From positions 3,117,780 through 3,179,779 of the forward strand of contig MU058009.1 of the NCBI GenBank assembly GCA_013265495.1: a stretch of DNA of 62,000 bases. Direction: 5' to 3'. Positions 51,074 through 62,000 of the stretch are shown piece after piece (position 1 is the first letter of the stretch; the number at the start of each line of letters is the position of its first letter). This DNA is from Vicugna vicugna (lineage: Eukaryota). The notes under the pieces were generated by a model. It saw only the letters and a program-made list of their open reading frames with translations. It was not told where the DNA came from and did not search any database. Both the position numbers and the translations under genes were made by a program.

Positions 51074-52199
51074 GCCACTGTGAGAAAGAGAAAAATCAGC
51101 AACACAGCAGGCTGGGTTCTCATCTGGAAGAGCGCGCTGGGGAGGGAAAAGCAGCAGGCGCGGAGCAAACGCCGGGCAGTTCTAAGCCCCCCGCTCCCTG
51201 GTGGTGGACCCTTCGCGCTACGTGGGACCCCAGAAGAGGCACGAGCACGAAGAGCCCCAAAGAGGAGTCTGCCCAGGGACACACACCTGCTCGTTGCCTG
51301 CTTCCCATTAACGCAGCCTGATCTCTCTCGGCCCATGTTTATTTTCATGGCTGATGTAACCCAACCAGACTGATGAGTCTGGATTTTTTTCCCTCGTGTT
51401 GTTTCCTGTTTAGCTGAATGTGTTCAATACTTCTGTGCACATTCATTTCTCATCTGACGCTGCCAAGGAGAACCATGGTCCTGTTTCACCTTCCAAGGCC
51501 ACGGCCTGGACGTGGTTCAGAGTCAGAGGGTTCAGTCCAAAGGGAGAGAATCTTTGGGAAAGACGAAGGGTTTCGGTCCAGCCTCTACACCCTTTTGGAC
51601 TTGCACAAGTTGAGTTTCTAAAGAGAAATTGTTGGCTGGACTCAGTGTCCCAGCCCTGGGCCAGAATGAGATGTTCAGGAAAGGTGTTTCTAGGAGGCAA
51701 GCTGCTTTGAAAATGTCTAAGTCCGGGCTTGAGGACTGGAGATAAAGTGACCCTCCTGCCCTTCTGAGGTTCCTGCTCTGGCGGTTTCCTTGGAGATCCG
51801 TATGCCAGCCTAGCCCTGGGCCTGGCCAGAACTAACGGCCCCGGGTCTGGAAATATCCCCAAACATAATCTTCTCCAAGGGTTTTACCCTTCTCGTGGAA
51901 CTCCACTGGGCCTTTTAAAGTAGATTGAATCCATATGTTTCTGATTCATTTACACTTAACTCATCAGAATGTTCCCTTTTTTATGAGTGATTTGTTGTCT
52001 TAAGATGCCTTTGCAGTCTTGTTTATAAGCATTTCTTTTCCCCTTAGAAACAAGATACCAAGTCTTGCTAAGCATGGGTTAAGGCAGTGATGGTAAGAAT
52101 GCAGCCTCAGGTCTGAGTTTTGTTTTGGTTTGCAAGAGGAAATGCAGTGTTTTAGCAGAGCTGTTTGGTTTACATGTCAACAGATTTTTCTTTTTGCTC

Positions 52200-52400
52200 A
52201 GAGCGTGGGCTCGGGAGTGGACGTGAATGCTCTCCCTCTGGGTTGGAGACTCACTGAGTGCCTCTCTGCGCGGCGACGTAACCTTGGGCAAATTACTGAA
52301 TCTCCTTTCTCCTCAAATCCTTCATCTGTCAAATGGAGATGATAATAGTCCTTGCCTCGCAGGACACTTGTCGTGATAATGTTTGGAAACTGTTATAAAA
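52200..52400 (+). mobile_element. MIR SINE
   Basis: gtaaccttgggcaaattactgaatctc...tcatctgtcaaatggagatgataatagtccttgcctcgcagga. Confidence 0.8.
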
Positions 52401-52504
52401 ACATGAGCCATACAGAATTAGCTAGAGTTCCTCGAAGCAGTGCCAAACGCATGCATTGCTCTATTTTTAACTTCATATGCCACCCCTCTGGTCCCCTTAA
52501 CTCC

Positions 52505-52780
52505 AATTAACCCTCCAGGACTCAGTTCAAACATCACCTGCCCTAAGGCCTTCCCTGCCCACCAGCCTTGACCATCTGTTTCTCCTCTGTATCCTTGCAA
52601 CATCTTACACACCTCTGCTGTCAGACCCCTCGGATGTTAGCTTTTAGTTTATATAATGTGACGTCCCCGTTAAGAAACGGACATCTCCTTAAGGGCAGTA
52701 AAGTGATGCTCATCTTGGTTTTCCAAAGCCCAAGACAGAGTCTGATCTATAGGAGGTGCTCAACGATAGTTTGCAATTAA
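52505..52780 (+). mobile_element. L2 LINE 3' end
   Basis: actcagttcaaacatcacctgccctaaggccttccctg...ctccttaagggcag...ataggaggtgctcaacgatagtttg. Confidence 0.7.
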
Positions 52781-55312
52781 GGAGATAAAAGCAGAAAAAG
52801 GGACACAATGCTGCCCCTTCTTTTTGTATTCAGGATGAATCCCATTAACTCTACCTGGCTTTGTAAGAACGGAGACAGATGACAGAGATGTGGTGGAGAC
52901 ACTGTCTCCAGCGTGATGTAGGATGGTGGGTGGCGAGGGGGAGAATGGAACCAGAGATGACTTGGGATCTGAACCATGGAGGCAAAGCAAATTTCATGGA
53001 GAAGATGGGGGGCTCATTTTTGGACGTGTGGAACATAGCACTTGTGTGAAGATACCTTGCGAAACGTGGAAGTGTGGGCTGGGCAAAGTTTGTAGCTACT
53101 AATGTTGAAATACGGAGAAAACGGTTAAAGTCAGGATGGGTCATACCATCCATGGAAGCATCGTCTCTTTGAAGCCTTGGAACGTAAACTGTCAGCCACT
53201 GTCATTTCTCTTTAGCTACCTGGGGGATAAAGTTAGGCTGTTCCCTAGAGCTCTCTCTATGGCATTTACAGCTATAAATTTCCCTCTTAGCACTGCTTTC
53301 GCTGCATCCCGTAGGTTCTGGTATGTTGTGTTTTCATTTTCATTTGTCTCAAGTTACTTTCCAGCTTCCCTTGTGATTTTTTTCTTTGACTCATTGGGTT
53401 TTGAAGAGTGTGTTGTTTAATTTCTACATATTTGTGGATTTGCCAGTTTTCCTTCTGCAATTGAGTTCCAGTTTCATTCCATTGTGGTTGGAAAAGATAC
53501 TTTGTATGATTTCAGTCTTTTAAAATCTCTTAAGACTTGTTTTGTGGCCTAACATGTGGTCTATGCTGGACAATGTTCTGTGTGCAGTGGAGAGAAAAGT
53601 GCATTGTGCTGTTGCTGGGTGGAGTGTTCTGTATATGTCTGTTGGGTCCAGCTGGTTTCTAGGTTTGTCCAAGTCTTCCGTTTCCTTATTGATCTTCTAT
53701 CTGGTTGTTTTACCAATGACTGGAAGTAGGGTAATGCCGTCTCCTACGATTATTACAGAGCTGTCCCTTTCTCCCTTCAGTTCTATCAGTGTTTGCCTCA
53801 TATATTTGGAACTCTGATGCCTGGTGCCTGTATGTTTATTCTTATACCTTCTTGGTGAATTGATCCTTTTATCAATATATAATGTCCTTCTTCATCCCTT
53901 GTAATAGTTTTTAACTTAAAGTTTATTTTGTCTGGTGTGTGTATAGCCACCTCAGCTCTCTTTTTGTTACTATTTACAGAGAATATCTTTTTCCATCCTT
54001 TCATTATCAACCTCTGTGTGTCCCTAGATCTAAAGTAAGTTTCCTGTAGGCAGTATAAAAGCAGATCATACTTTTTTTATCCATTCTGCCAATTTATGTC
54101 TTTTGATTGGAATTTAAGCTATTTACATTCAAAGTAATTATTAACAGAGAAAGACTTATGCCATTTTGTTATTTGTTTTCTGTATGTCTTAGAGCCTTTT
54201 TGACCCTCATATCCTCTATTACTGGCTTCCTTTGTGTTCAGTTGATTTTTTTTTTGTAGTAACACATTTTGATTTCTTCCCATTTTCTTTCGTGTATATT
54301 CTATACGTGTTTTCTCTGTGGTTATCATGGGGATCTATTTAACCATCCTAAAGTTGCAGTCTGTTTTGAATCAATACTCAACTTCAAAATCTATTCCTTT
54401 ACAACTCCATTCCTCCCAACTTTGTGCTATTCATGCCACAAATTAATCTTTATCTATTGCATACCAATCGACATAGGTTTATAATTGTTTTTAAGCATTT
54501 GTCTTTTAAATCCTGTTGAAAATAAAAAAGCAAAATTATAAAACAAAATTAGAATGGTGCTTGCTTTTGTATTTGTCCGTGTATTTATCTTTAGCAGAGA
54601 TCTGTGTCTTCACAGGGTTATGAGTTGCTTTATAGCATCCTTGCATTTCAACCTGAAGGACTCTAGCACTTCTTGCAGGGCACAACCAGTGGTAATGAAT
54701 TCCCTGAGTTTTTGCTTAACTGGGAATGTCTTAATTTCTCCCTCATTTTTGAAGTACAGTGTTGCTGAGTATAGAGTTCTCATTTGACAATTTTTTTTCC
54801 TTTTAGTACTTTAAATATACCATCCCATTGCCTTCTGGCCTCCAAGATACCTGATAAGAGACTGATAATCTCACTGAGTATCCTTTGTACACGATAAGTG
54901 ACTTTTCTCTTGATGCTTTCAAGCTTTTCTTTTTGTCTTTGTCTTTCAGCTGGTTAATTATAATGTGTCTCGGTGTGGATCTTTTTGGTTTTATCCTACT
55001 TGAAAGTCATTGAGTTTTTTAAACTTGTAGATTCATGTCTTTCCTTAAATTTGAGACATTTTCAGACATTATTTCTTCAGATAAGCTCTCTGCCCTTTTC
55101 CTCTTCTACTTCTGGGACTTCCCTGGTGCATATACTGGTCTGTGATGGTGTTCCACACCTCCCTTAGGCTCTGTTCACTTTTCTTTATTCTTTTTTCTTT
55201 CTGCTCCTCAGACTCAATAATCACAAATGTCTTGTCGTTGGGTTCATTGCTTCTTTTTTCCCCTGTTCAAATCTGTTGTTGAAGCCCTCTTGTTAGTTTT
55301 CTAGTTTAGTTA

Positions 55313-55736
55313 CAGGTACCCCATGCTTTCCAAAGTTTACTTTATGCCATTTCACTTTTATAAAAGACCTATATTAGTAATTGTTCTTACTAAAGAAATC
55401 AGAAGAGGATTTTTGCTTTTACAAAAAAAAAAAAAAAAACGATAAGTGAAAATAGCATTCGGCGTTTGTTTCCCGGTGAGCCGTTACAGAGACCGTGCAC
55501 ATTCCCAGCAGCAGGAGCGGCACCACGAAGCTCTGGCCCCACGACCCTTGCTGAGCATCTCACCATCAAGCCCCCACAGTTTTGAACTATGCCTGTGGAA
55601 TCTGTGCTTTGTCCTGATTTAGTTTGTGCATCCACTAGCAAGATGCATCCTAAGGTAATTGTTTCTTTACTTTACGCTGTTTTGGCTCATGAAAAGTTGA
55701 AGAGAAATGCTCTACTCTCAGGTAGGGGGGGACCTG
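55313..55736. mobile_element. TcMar-Tigger-like non-autonomous DNA transposon
   Basis: Imperfect terminal inverted repeats caggtacccc.../...gggggacctg; flanked by TA on the left and CA (mutated TA) on the right; host L1 reads continuously when it is removed. Confidence 0.8.
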
Positions 55737-55887
55737 CATTGTATCTTTCAGGTTCAGAATTTCTGTTTGCTTCCTTTACATAATTTCTCTCTCTATATTG
55801 CTATTCTCATTTTGCTCATATATTTTTTTCCTCTTAGCTCTTTGCCCATGTTTTCCTTTAGCTCTTCAAGAATAAGACAACTGTTTT

Positions 55888-56240
55888 CTCATAGATGCAA
55901 ATAACAGATTGATGATTGCTGGGGCAATGGATGGAGGGTGTGAAGTGGATGAAGGTGGTCAAACGTGCAAACTTCCCGTTATAAGATAAACAAGGATGTC
56001 CTGTATAGCACGGTGACTCTAGTTAGTAATACTGTACTGTATATTTGAAAGTTTATATTTAAAAGAGTAGATCTTAAAAGTTCTCATCACAAGAAAAACA
56101 TACAACTGTAGTGATGATAGATATTAATTGGAGTTATTGTGGTGATGATTTAGCAATATATGCATATATCAAATCATTATGCTGTACACCTGAAACCAAT
56201 ATACTGTTATATGTCAGCAGTATCTCAATATCAAACTGAA
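55888..56240 (+). mobile_element. LINE-1 3' UTR (L1MA-like), 5'-truncated
   Basis: ggtggtcaaacgtgcaaacttcccgttataagataaa...aagagtagatcttaaaagttctcatcacaaga...aatcattatgctgtacacctgaaaccaatata. Confidence 0.92.
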
Positions 56241-57922
56241 TCAAATCAGATCTTTGGTATACACTTTGGATTTCCTTACTACAATTTGAGAAATTCTGAA
56301 TTCCAAAACACGACTGGTTTCAAGAATGAGACAAAGGATGTGGACCTGTACTGAAACCCGTTGTCTCTGAGTACTGGGATCCTGTCCTTTGTTCCTTTAT
56401 TTTTTATTTATTTTTGTATTTTCAGAACTTTCCATACAGTACATATTTTATTTTTTAAATTATAAAAATATCTTAACAGAACACATATTCATTGCAGTTG
56501 TCACATCTACTACCCATATTCTTTTAACAATTAATCTAGTTTCTTTAATCTTGAAAGAAATAAAATACAATTTTCCAAAAGTTACAGTATAGTCAGGTTT
56601 TTCACCAACAGAAACTTCCTTCCCCTCTAATTATTCCAAGTAAGGATGGAGTACTGCCCCTGAATTTTTCTCTCCCAGCCATTTATTTTCTTTAAGGAAA
56701 AACTGGAAGCCAGCCAGCTTGGTTTAGAAGGAATTCACCTGTCAGGTGACAGTGCTTTTCAAACTTGTCTGCCAAGGCAGACTAGAACGGACAGGAGTCC
56801 CCAGGGGCCCAAGAACACAAGCCCTGTCTGCTCTGTTCTCCACTGTAACCTCGGTGCCCAACTCAACCAGGAATGAGTAAATGAGTGAAAAAATGAATAA
56901 GCGAATAGCTAATTTTCTCTATGGAGCTCCGTCCAAAAATAATTCTGCCTGCCATCCTTTAAGGATCAAAGAGATTCCTCGTAGAAACACACACCTTGTT
57001 TATATGTCTCTGTAAGAGTTAATCAGCAACTCCTAGAACCAGTCATTTCCTCGGCCGTCAACCTAGTTTTTAGAAAAAGGCAGTTGTTTAAAGTCTTTGT
57101 CTTGGAGCCAATGCTTGTATTTCATCAGGGATGGTTTCTGCCATTTTATTTTATTTTTTCTTTGAGTGGGCCGTACTTTACTGTTTCTTTGTGATCTTCT
57201 TTTGCTGAAAACCTGGCATTTGAAAAAACAAGCACGTGCCCCAGCCTTTGCAGACCGGCTCTGTGTTGGGGACGTCCTTAAGTAATCAGCCAGGCATGCT
57301 CTGAGCCGTTGGATCAGCCCGGGGAGAAAGCTTCGGGTCTTCCCGGGCCTTTTCTGAGCATGTGTCTTGCCTGGGCCCGTGTGTGGCTTTTCACTTACCC
57401 CATACACACCGTCGCTTATAAATGTCTCAACTGCGCAGAGTCTCACCTCGGTTCCTCCTTGGGGCCTTTGGTGGTTTATTGTGTGTCTCCACCTGCAACC
57501 CCTTGTCCCAGACACCTGTAGGTCTCTGGTTTCCCTGCCTCTTCCCTGAGCAGTGCCAGCTGCTCCTCTGCCTCAGATCTGAATTAGGCAAATCAGAGAC
57601 CAGCCCTTCAAGCATGGAGGTTAGAACATTCAGACAGATCTGCTCTGCTCCCTCCAGTCGAAGGGAGGGGCCTGGGAACGGCTGTGTCCTCCAGACCAGG
57701 ACCGTGCCACCCCAGGGAGAGGGTGGGGAGAGGGCAGGCAGAAACACCGCCAAATTTCCTGCTGGTTTGAATGTGGCATTTTCTTCATTGGGTGTTTGCT
57801 TGGTTGCTGTAGACCTTTGATGGTTTTTCCATAACTCATACAAGGTTTCTTTAATCCAATTTTTGGTTGGTTTTGGGGTTTTCTTTTTCTTTTTTTTTTT
57901 TTTTTTTTTTTTTCTTGAGGAA

Positions 57923-57946
57923 NNNNNNNNNNNNNNNNNNNNNNNN
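57923..57946. other. Assembly gap (24 N) inside a poly-T tract
   Basis: N run flanked by long T homopolymers. Confidence 0.99.
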
Positions 57947-58334
57947 TTTTTTTTTTTTTGCTGTTCTCCATGAGGAAGCAAGGGGGCGTGGTGCGTCCTC
58001 GTCTGCCATTTATTTCGTTGCCGTTTCTCTCCATTACCATTTTTATGACTTCTTTTCAGCTCCTGGCTGATGGATATCCTTGATGGACCAAAAGGAAGAG
58101 GGTCATCGTACGTGTGATAACGGATGAGTCTCTCCCACGGGCAGCCTCTCTGCTGCTCGGGAGCAACGAGCAGCGGGATCCCGAGCAGCGGGAACGAGTG
58201 CGTGGAAACAGGGGCTGCGGGAAGGCCAGCTCTTCCCTCCCAGACGCCGCTCCCAAACACCAGCTCGTAACTGGGCCTGGCGGCGATATTTCCACGGCTG
58301 GTCCGATGCCTGTCTCATTTTGGGCAGGCAGCTC

Positions 58335-58720
58335 TGCGAAGCCTGATTCCTTGAAAGCAAAGCCTGACACAGGGGCCTTTACATAGGCAGTTTGTTTGGG
58401 AGGTGATTCCAAGCTGCAGAAATGACAGTGGGAGAGAGTGATGATTAGCAGAAGAAGGAAAGGCAACAGGAGGAAGCTGCATCCGTGCAGCTGCTGCTGC
58501 GGCCGTGCGGGCTCCGTTCTGCTGGACGTCCCGAGACGCCCACCCCCAGGAATCGCCCACAGGGAGGCTGGGGGCCAGAGCACTTATTCATGGCGAAGGG
58601 CTGTCCTGGGGGTATAAATGTTTCCTCCACTCCTCCTTTGAGCTGCGTGCCTGAATTCCCTGGGCTCCTGTCTATCTCTGAGGCTTACCAGCAGGTAAGG
58701 TAGCAGGTGGACCCTGCCAG
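58335..58720 (-). mobile_element. ERVL LTR (LTR16/LTR33-like), diverged
   Basis: aaagcctgacacagggg...gcagtttgtttgggaggtgattccaagctgcagaaatgacagtgggaga. Confidence 0.55.
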
Positions 58721-60389
58721 TGGCCAAGCGGGTGTGTGAGCGGGCGAAAGCGATGCCCTACGCCGACCGGGGATGCTGACGGGGGTGGGCGGGGTCGGGG
58801 GTGTTTACAGCGTGTAAGTCACGCTGCAGCCTCCTACGTGTGGATGTGTTGTTCCACAAACAGAGCTCAGCAGTGTAAGTGCAGAATCTCACTTCTCCTC
58901 TTCTTCTCTCCCTGATCCATGTCAAATTTCAGCTATTAAAAAAAAAAGTGTCAGCACCACAGTAATAGAGAAGTGAAGCTCACGTTTTTCCAAGCCACTG
59001 CTCATCGGCGAGCGGTCCCCTTGCTCCTCTAGCTTCCTCGTGGCTGGTCACCAGAGACACGCATCTCAGCCCCAGAGGGAAGCCCTTAGTGTGCGCCTGG
59101 TGTATTCTCAGGGGGGGCTTTCTGTGTGCTGAGGGAGCGGGGGGTCAGGAGTTCCCCAACAGCCATGGGTCTGACAGGTGACTGCACTGGTGTGCGCTGG
59201 CTTCCACACAGGAACCGCAGCACAGAGGACGTGCCCGCGACCCTGCGTGCCATCTGCAGGGACTCATCCCCTTTCCCTTAGGATTTCTTTTGGCTGAACA
59301 GCAAGCTCTCTGGCCTCTGCAACTGGAGAACATCACTAACGTAACATAAACGCCGGGCAGCTGCTGGGAGCTGGAGATGGCTCACGATGAACAGCTGTGT
59401 GAGGTTTGACCTCTGGGGAGAAGCAACACCACGTCCCACCACCACTGGCTGGTTTCCAGTTGGATTTAGTGCAAATGAGGCATAATAACAAGGAGACAGA
59501 TGTATTTGGAGTGGAAGGAAACTCAAAAGGCATTTCGTTTGGAGTAAGGAGAGGGTAGAGAGAGGAGAGGTTTTTATGGATGAAGCAGAGGGCAGCTTTC
59601 CTAGAACCGCGAGGAGTCTAAACGGCCGTGAGTCACCTGGCTTCAGGAGACTCTCACTTTTACTTAAGTGACTCTGCACTGCCTAAGGGACCCGCAGCTA
59701 GAACACAAACCCCCTGTGGCTGTGCTCTGGAGACAACTGGGGACACTGGGCCAGAGAGTGTGGGATGCTTGCTGGGGCTGGTTACTTCGTGGTCAACGTC
59801 GAGGCTAAGATGTTCTGGGAAAGGCTGTCAAGACTTGGGGCTTTAAATCTTGGGAGAAGCTTTTTTTTTTTTTTTGGTAAGATCACTTGAAATTCCCTGG
59901 AAACTGCTTATATCACTATAACAAAAGGAACAAAAATAATCCATGTGAAAACATGAATCATAGGAGGTTGGAAAGGCAAACACATTGTGGCTGTAGACAA
60001 CTGAAAATAAATGTTGGTTGCCTTCCTTAAGCAATGCCAGCTGTGGGTCTGCTTTCTCAAACCAAGGCGACGGACTGTAACGGAAGAAAGGGAGGAAGGG
60101 GTCCCCCACCAAAGACTCCACGTGTGTCTGGGGCAAGACAATTACACTCTATTATTTTCCTCCCCAGTCACCGTTGTCGCTTGAGGCTTACGGCAGTGGC
60201 ATAACGACCATTCAGCTAAATATCTCAATAGCCCAAATTCTGCTTTGACCAGGCAAATCACAGTTCTGTCCAATCTGCCTACTGAAGTTGAACTCTGTGC
60301 CTTTACTAAGCTTTGCCACCCACTGTGTTCACAAATCGTTTTTAAGAGAAGTTGACTGAAAAGCTTCAAACGGTGAATGTGTGTGCATC

Positions 60390-60635
60390 ATGGCACAGCT
60401 CAGTGATAGGAGACATGAGCTTTGGTGTCAGATCTGAGTTTCTGGTTCCACCATTTATTAATTGTTTGACTGGGGGAAAACTGGTTAGCCTCTTTAAAGC
60501 TTAGTTTCTTCAATTATAAAATGGACATAATAACTGTATGTGCCCCATGGAATTACGGAGATTAAATGAAACAACGCTTGTAGAATACTCAGCACAGTAT
60601 TTTGCACAGAGAAAGCAATCAATGTTGGTTGTAAT
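60390..60635 (+). mobile_element. MIR SINE, near full length
   Basis: gagctttggtgtcagatctgagtt...ttagtttcttcaattataaaatggacataata...gagattaaatgaaacaacgcttgtagaatactcagcacag. Confidence 0.85.
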
Positions 60636-60681
60636 CGATCATCAATCTCCTCCTCTTCCTTCTTTCCCTCCCTGTCTAGAA

Positions 60682-60886
60682 CAGGGGTGAGTAAAGTATG
60701 GCCCACTGCTAGTCTTTGTCAATAAAGTTTTATTGGAACAGAGGCATGTCCATTTGTCTACGTTTTTCCTGTGACAGCTTTCACCCTACAGGGCAGAGCA
60801 GAGTCATTGTGATGGAGACTGCCTGGCCAGCAAAGTCTAAAATACTCACTATCTGGCCCATGGCATAAAAAGGTTGCTGATCCCTG
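60682..60886 (+). mobile_element. MER58A-like hAT-Charlie DNA transposon
   Basis: Terminal inverted repeats caggggtgagtaaa.../...ttgctgatccctg; internal aataaagttttattggaacag and aaagtctaaaatactcactatctggccc. Confidence 0.9.
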
Positions 60887-61184
60887 CTTCGGAAGCAAGA
60901 AAATCCAAGGAAGTGTCCATGCTTTTCTTGATCCTGAATGACCAAGATAGCTCTGATTGGAAGACACTAGATGAGTGTGCCCGTAAATTAACAGAATAGT
61001 ACGTTTTCCTAATGGATTTCCAAAATACCTTAAGGGGCAGAGATGAACAAATGCTGAGAGAGAAAAGTGTAACCTTTTTACTTGGACGCTTCACCCAAAG
61101 CAGGAAAGCAGAGGTAGAGTCTCTCGACTGAAAAGAAAAACCACAGAAGCAAACAAAGAAATCCTACTGAGTTAAAGGATAACC

Positions 61185-61198
61185 GTTTCCATGGGCAC
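61185..61198. promoter_or_regulatory. Weaker RFX X-box
   Basis: gtttccatgggcac (reverse complement gtgcccatggaaac). Confidence 0.4.
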
Positions 61199-62000
61199 TG
61201 AGCAGGGCTGAAGTCATTTTATGAAGCTAGAAATTCCTGTTTCTGAGCCCACAGATGTGAGAGAGAGAAGGTCACAGAGCACGGATAGCGTGGAAGCGTT
61301 TGCACATAGTAACAGATACGGCCTTTCTTCCCACTAATCTTATTTTTTCTCTTTAAACCTGAGAGTCAAATGCAGAGCACCGTGGAACTCCTGGTCTTCT
61401 AAATTTTTCTTTTTAGATGCGTAGCTGAGAAAATAATCTTAAAACTTGCTTGGAGGAAAGGAGTGACGAAAGCTGGAAACTTAGCAACAGATTGGAAAGA
61501 GAATTAAAAAGGACTGAAAACAGTACCTGAACGATTAGATAAAAGCTGCTCTAGGAAGACCGGCCGAAAGAGGGGGAGACACAGAAGGGACTACCCCAGG
61601 GAGAGGGGTCTCTCAAGAGGAGAGAGCAGGCCACGAGGGCCACGAGGGCAGGGCTAGGGGATAACGTCAAGCGCCCGCCAGCCCCAGCCTGCCCACACCT
61701 CCCTCGCCGGCCGTGCGGCCACGCAGGAGTGGAGCCAGGATCCCTCCTGATGGGAGTGCCTGTGTTCTGGCCTGGACACTGTTTGAAATGACCTTGTTTC
61801 CCCTTGATCATCCAGTGGGAATGACAGATGACCGCTCGTGCCCTGAAACTCTGCTCTTTTCTCTTCTTAATCCTCACTGTTAAGGGCTAAGGATGTGCAT
61901 GAGCAGAGTGGGGGCCTGGGCCCCTGCAGGACTGGAAGTGGTGTAGAAGGAGCCGTGCCCAGTGTCTGCAGGGTAGACGCCAGCTCCAGCTCCCCCCAAA

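Larger units (their letters stand above)
53255..58010 (-). mobile_element. Old LINE-1 5' portion (5' region, ORF1 remnant, ORF2 endonuclease), interrupted by a Tigger-like MITE and an L1-plus-flank insertion
   Basis: Minus ORF 53798-54010 (KGWKKIF..N.NKKRAEVAI..DKINFK.KTITRDEEGHYILIKGSIHQE) is the L1 endonuclease; L1 text continues across 55739-55887 and 57090-58010. Confidence 0.9.

Noticed and set aside
57427..58260. 277-aa minus-strand ORF with poly-Lys
   Set aside because: It spans an N gap and a poly-T tract within an L1 5' region
1..62000. Known miRNA/snoRNA genes and a named host gene
   Set aside because: I recognised no mature miRNA sequence, convincing hairpin or C/D box pair with a terminal stem, and nothing in the sequence supports a specific locus name; an Rfam/miRBase scan and synteny mapping would settle this

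Overview
Non-coding mammalian genomic DNA, most likely camelid. This is an inference from three copies of a tRNA-Ala-derived SINE resembling the Tylopoda vic-1 family. I found no credible protein-coding exon or true RNA gene. The only ORFs with real protein signal are broken LINE-1 ORF2 fragments; the rest look like chance ORFs in GC-rich DNA. The window mixes interspersed repeats (L1, L2, MIR, MaLR/ERVL LTRs, MER20, MER58, a Tigger-like MITE, SINEs) with GC-rich unique sequence that looks regulatory. That sequence includes an orphan CpG island at about 14.8-16.0 kb, several near-consensus RFX X-boxes, CTCF-like sites, AP-1/CRE sites and a 10-bp-phased octamer-like array. The most notable structural events are a probable L1 3' transduction (55.9-57.1 kb), two 5'-inverted (twin-primed) L1 insertions, a multi-layer nested repeat stack (19.9-24.1 kb) and AT-to-GC drift in some repeat copies. 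The region is best read as a gene desert or large intron carrying an enhancer cluster, and I cannot name the host or neighbouring gene. Repeat subfamily names are recognised from memory, and boundaries are approximate unless a target-site duplication (TSD) is cited. I see no evidence for a genuinely new biological system.
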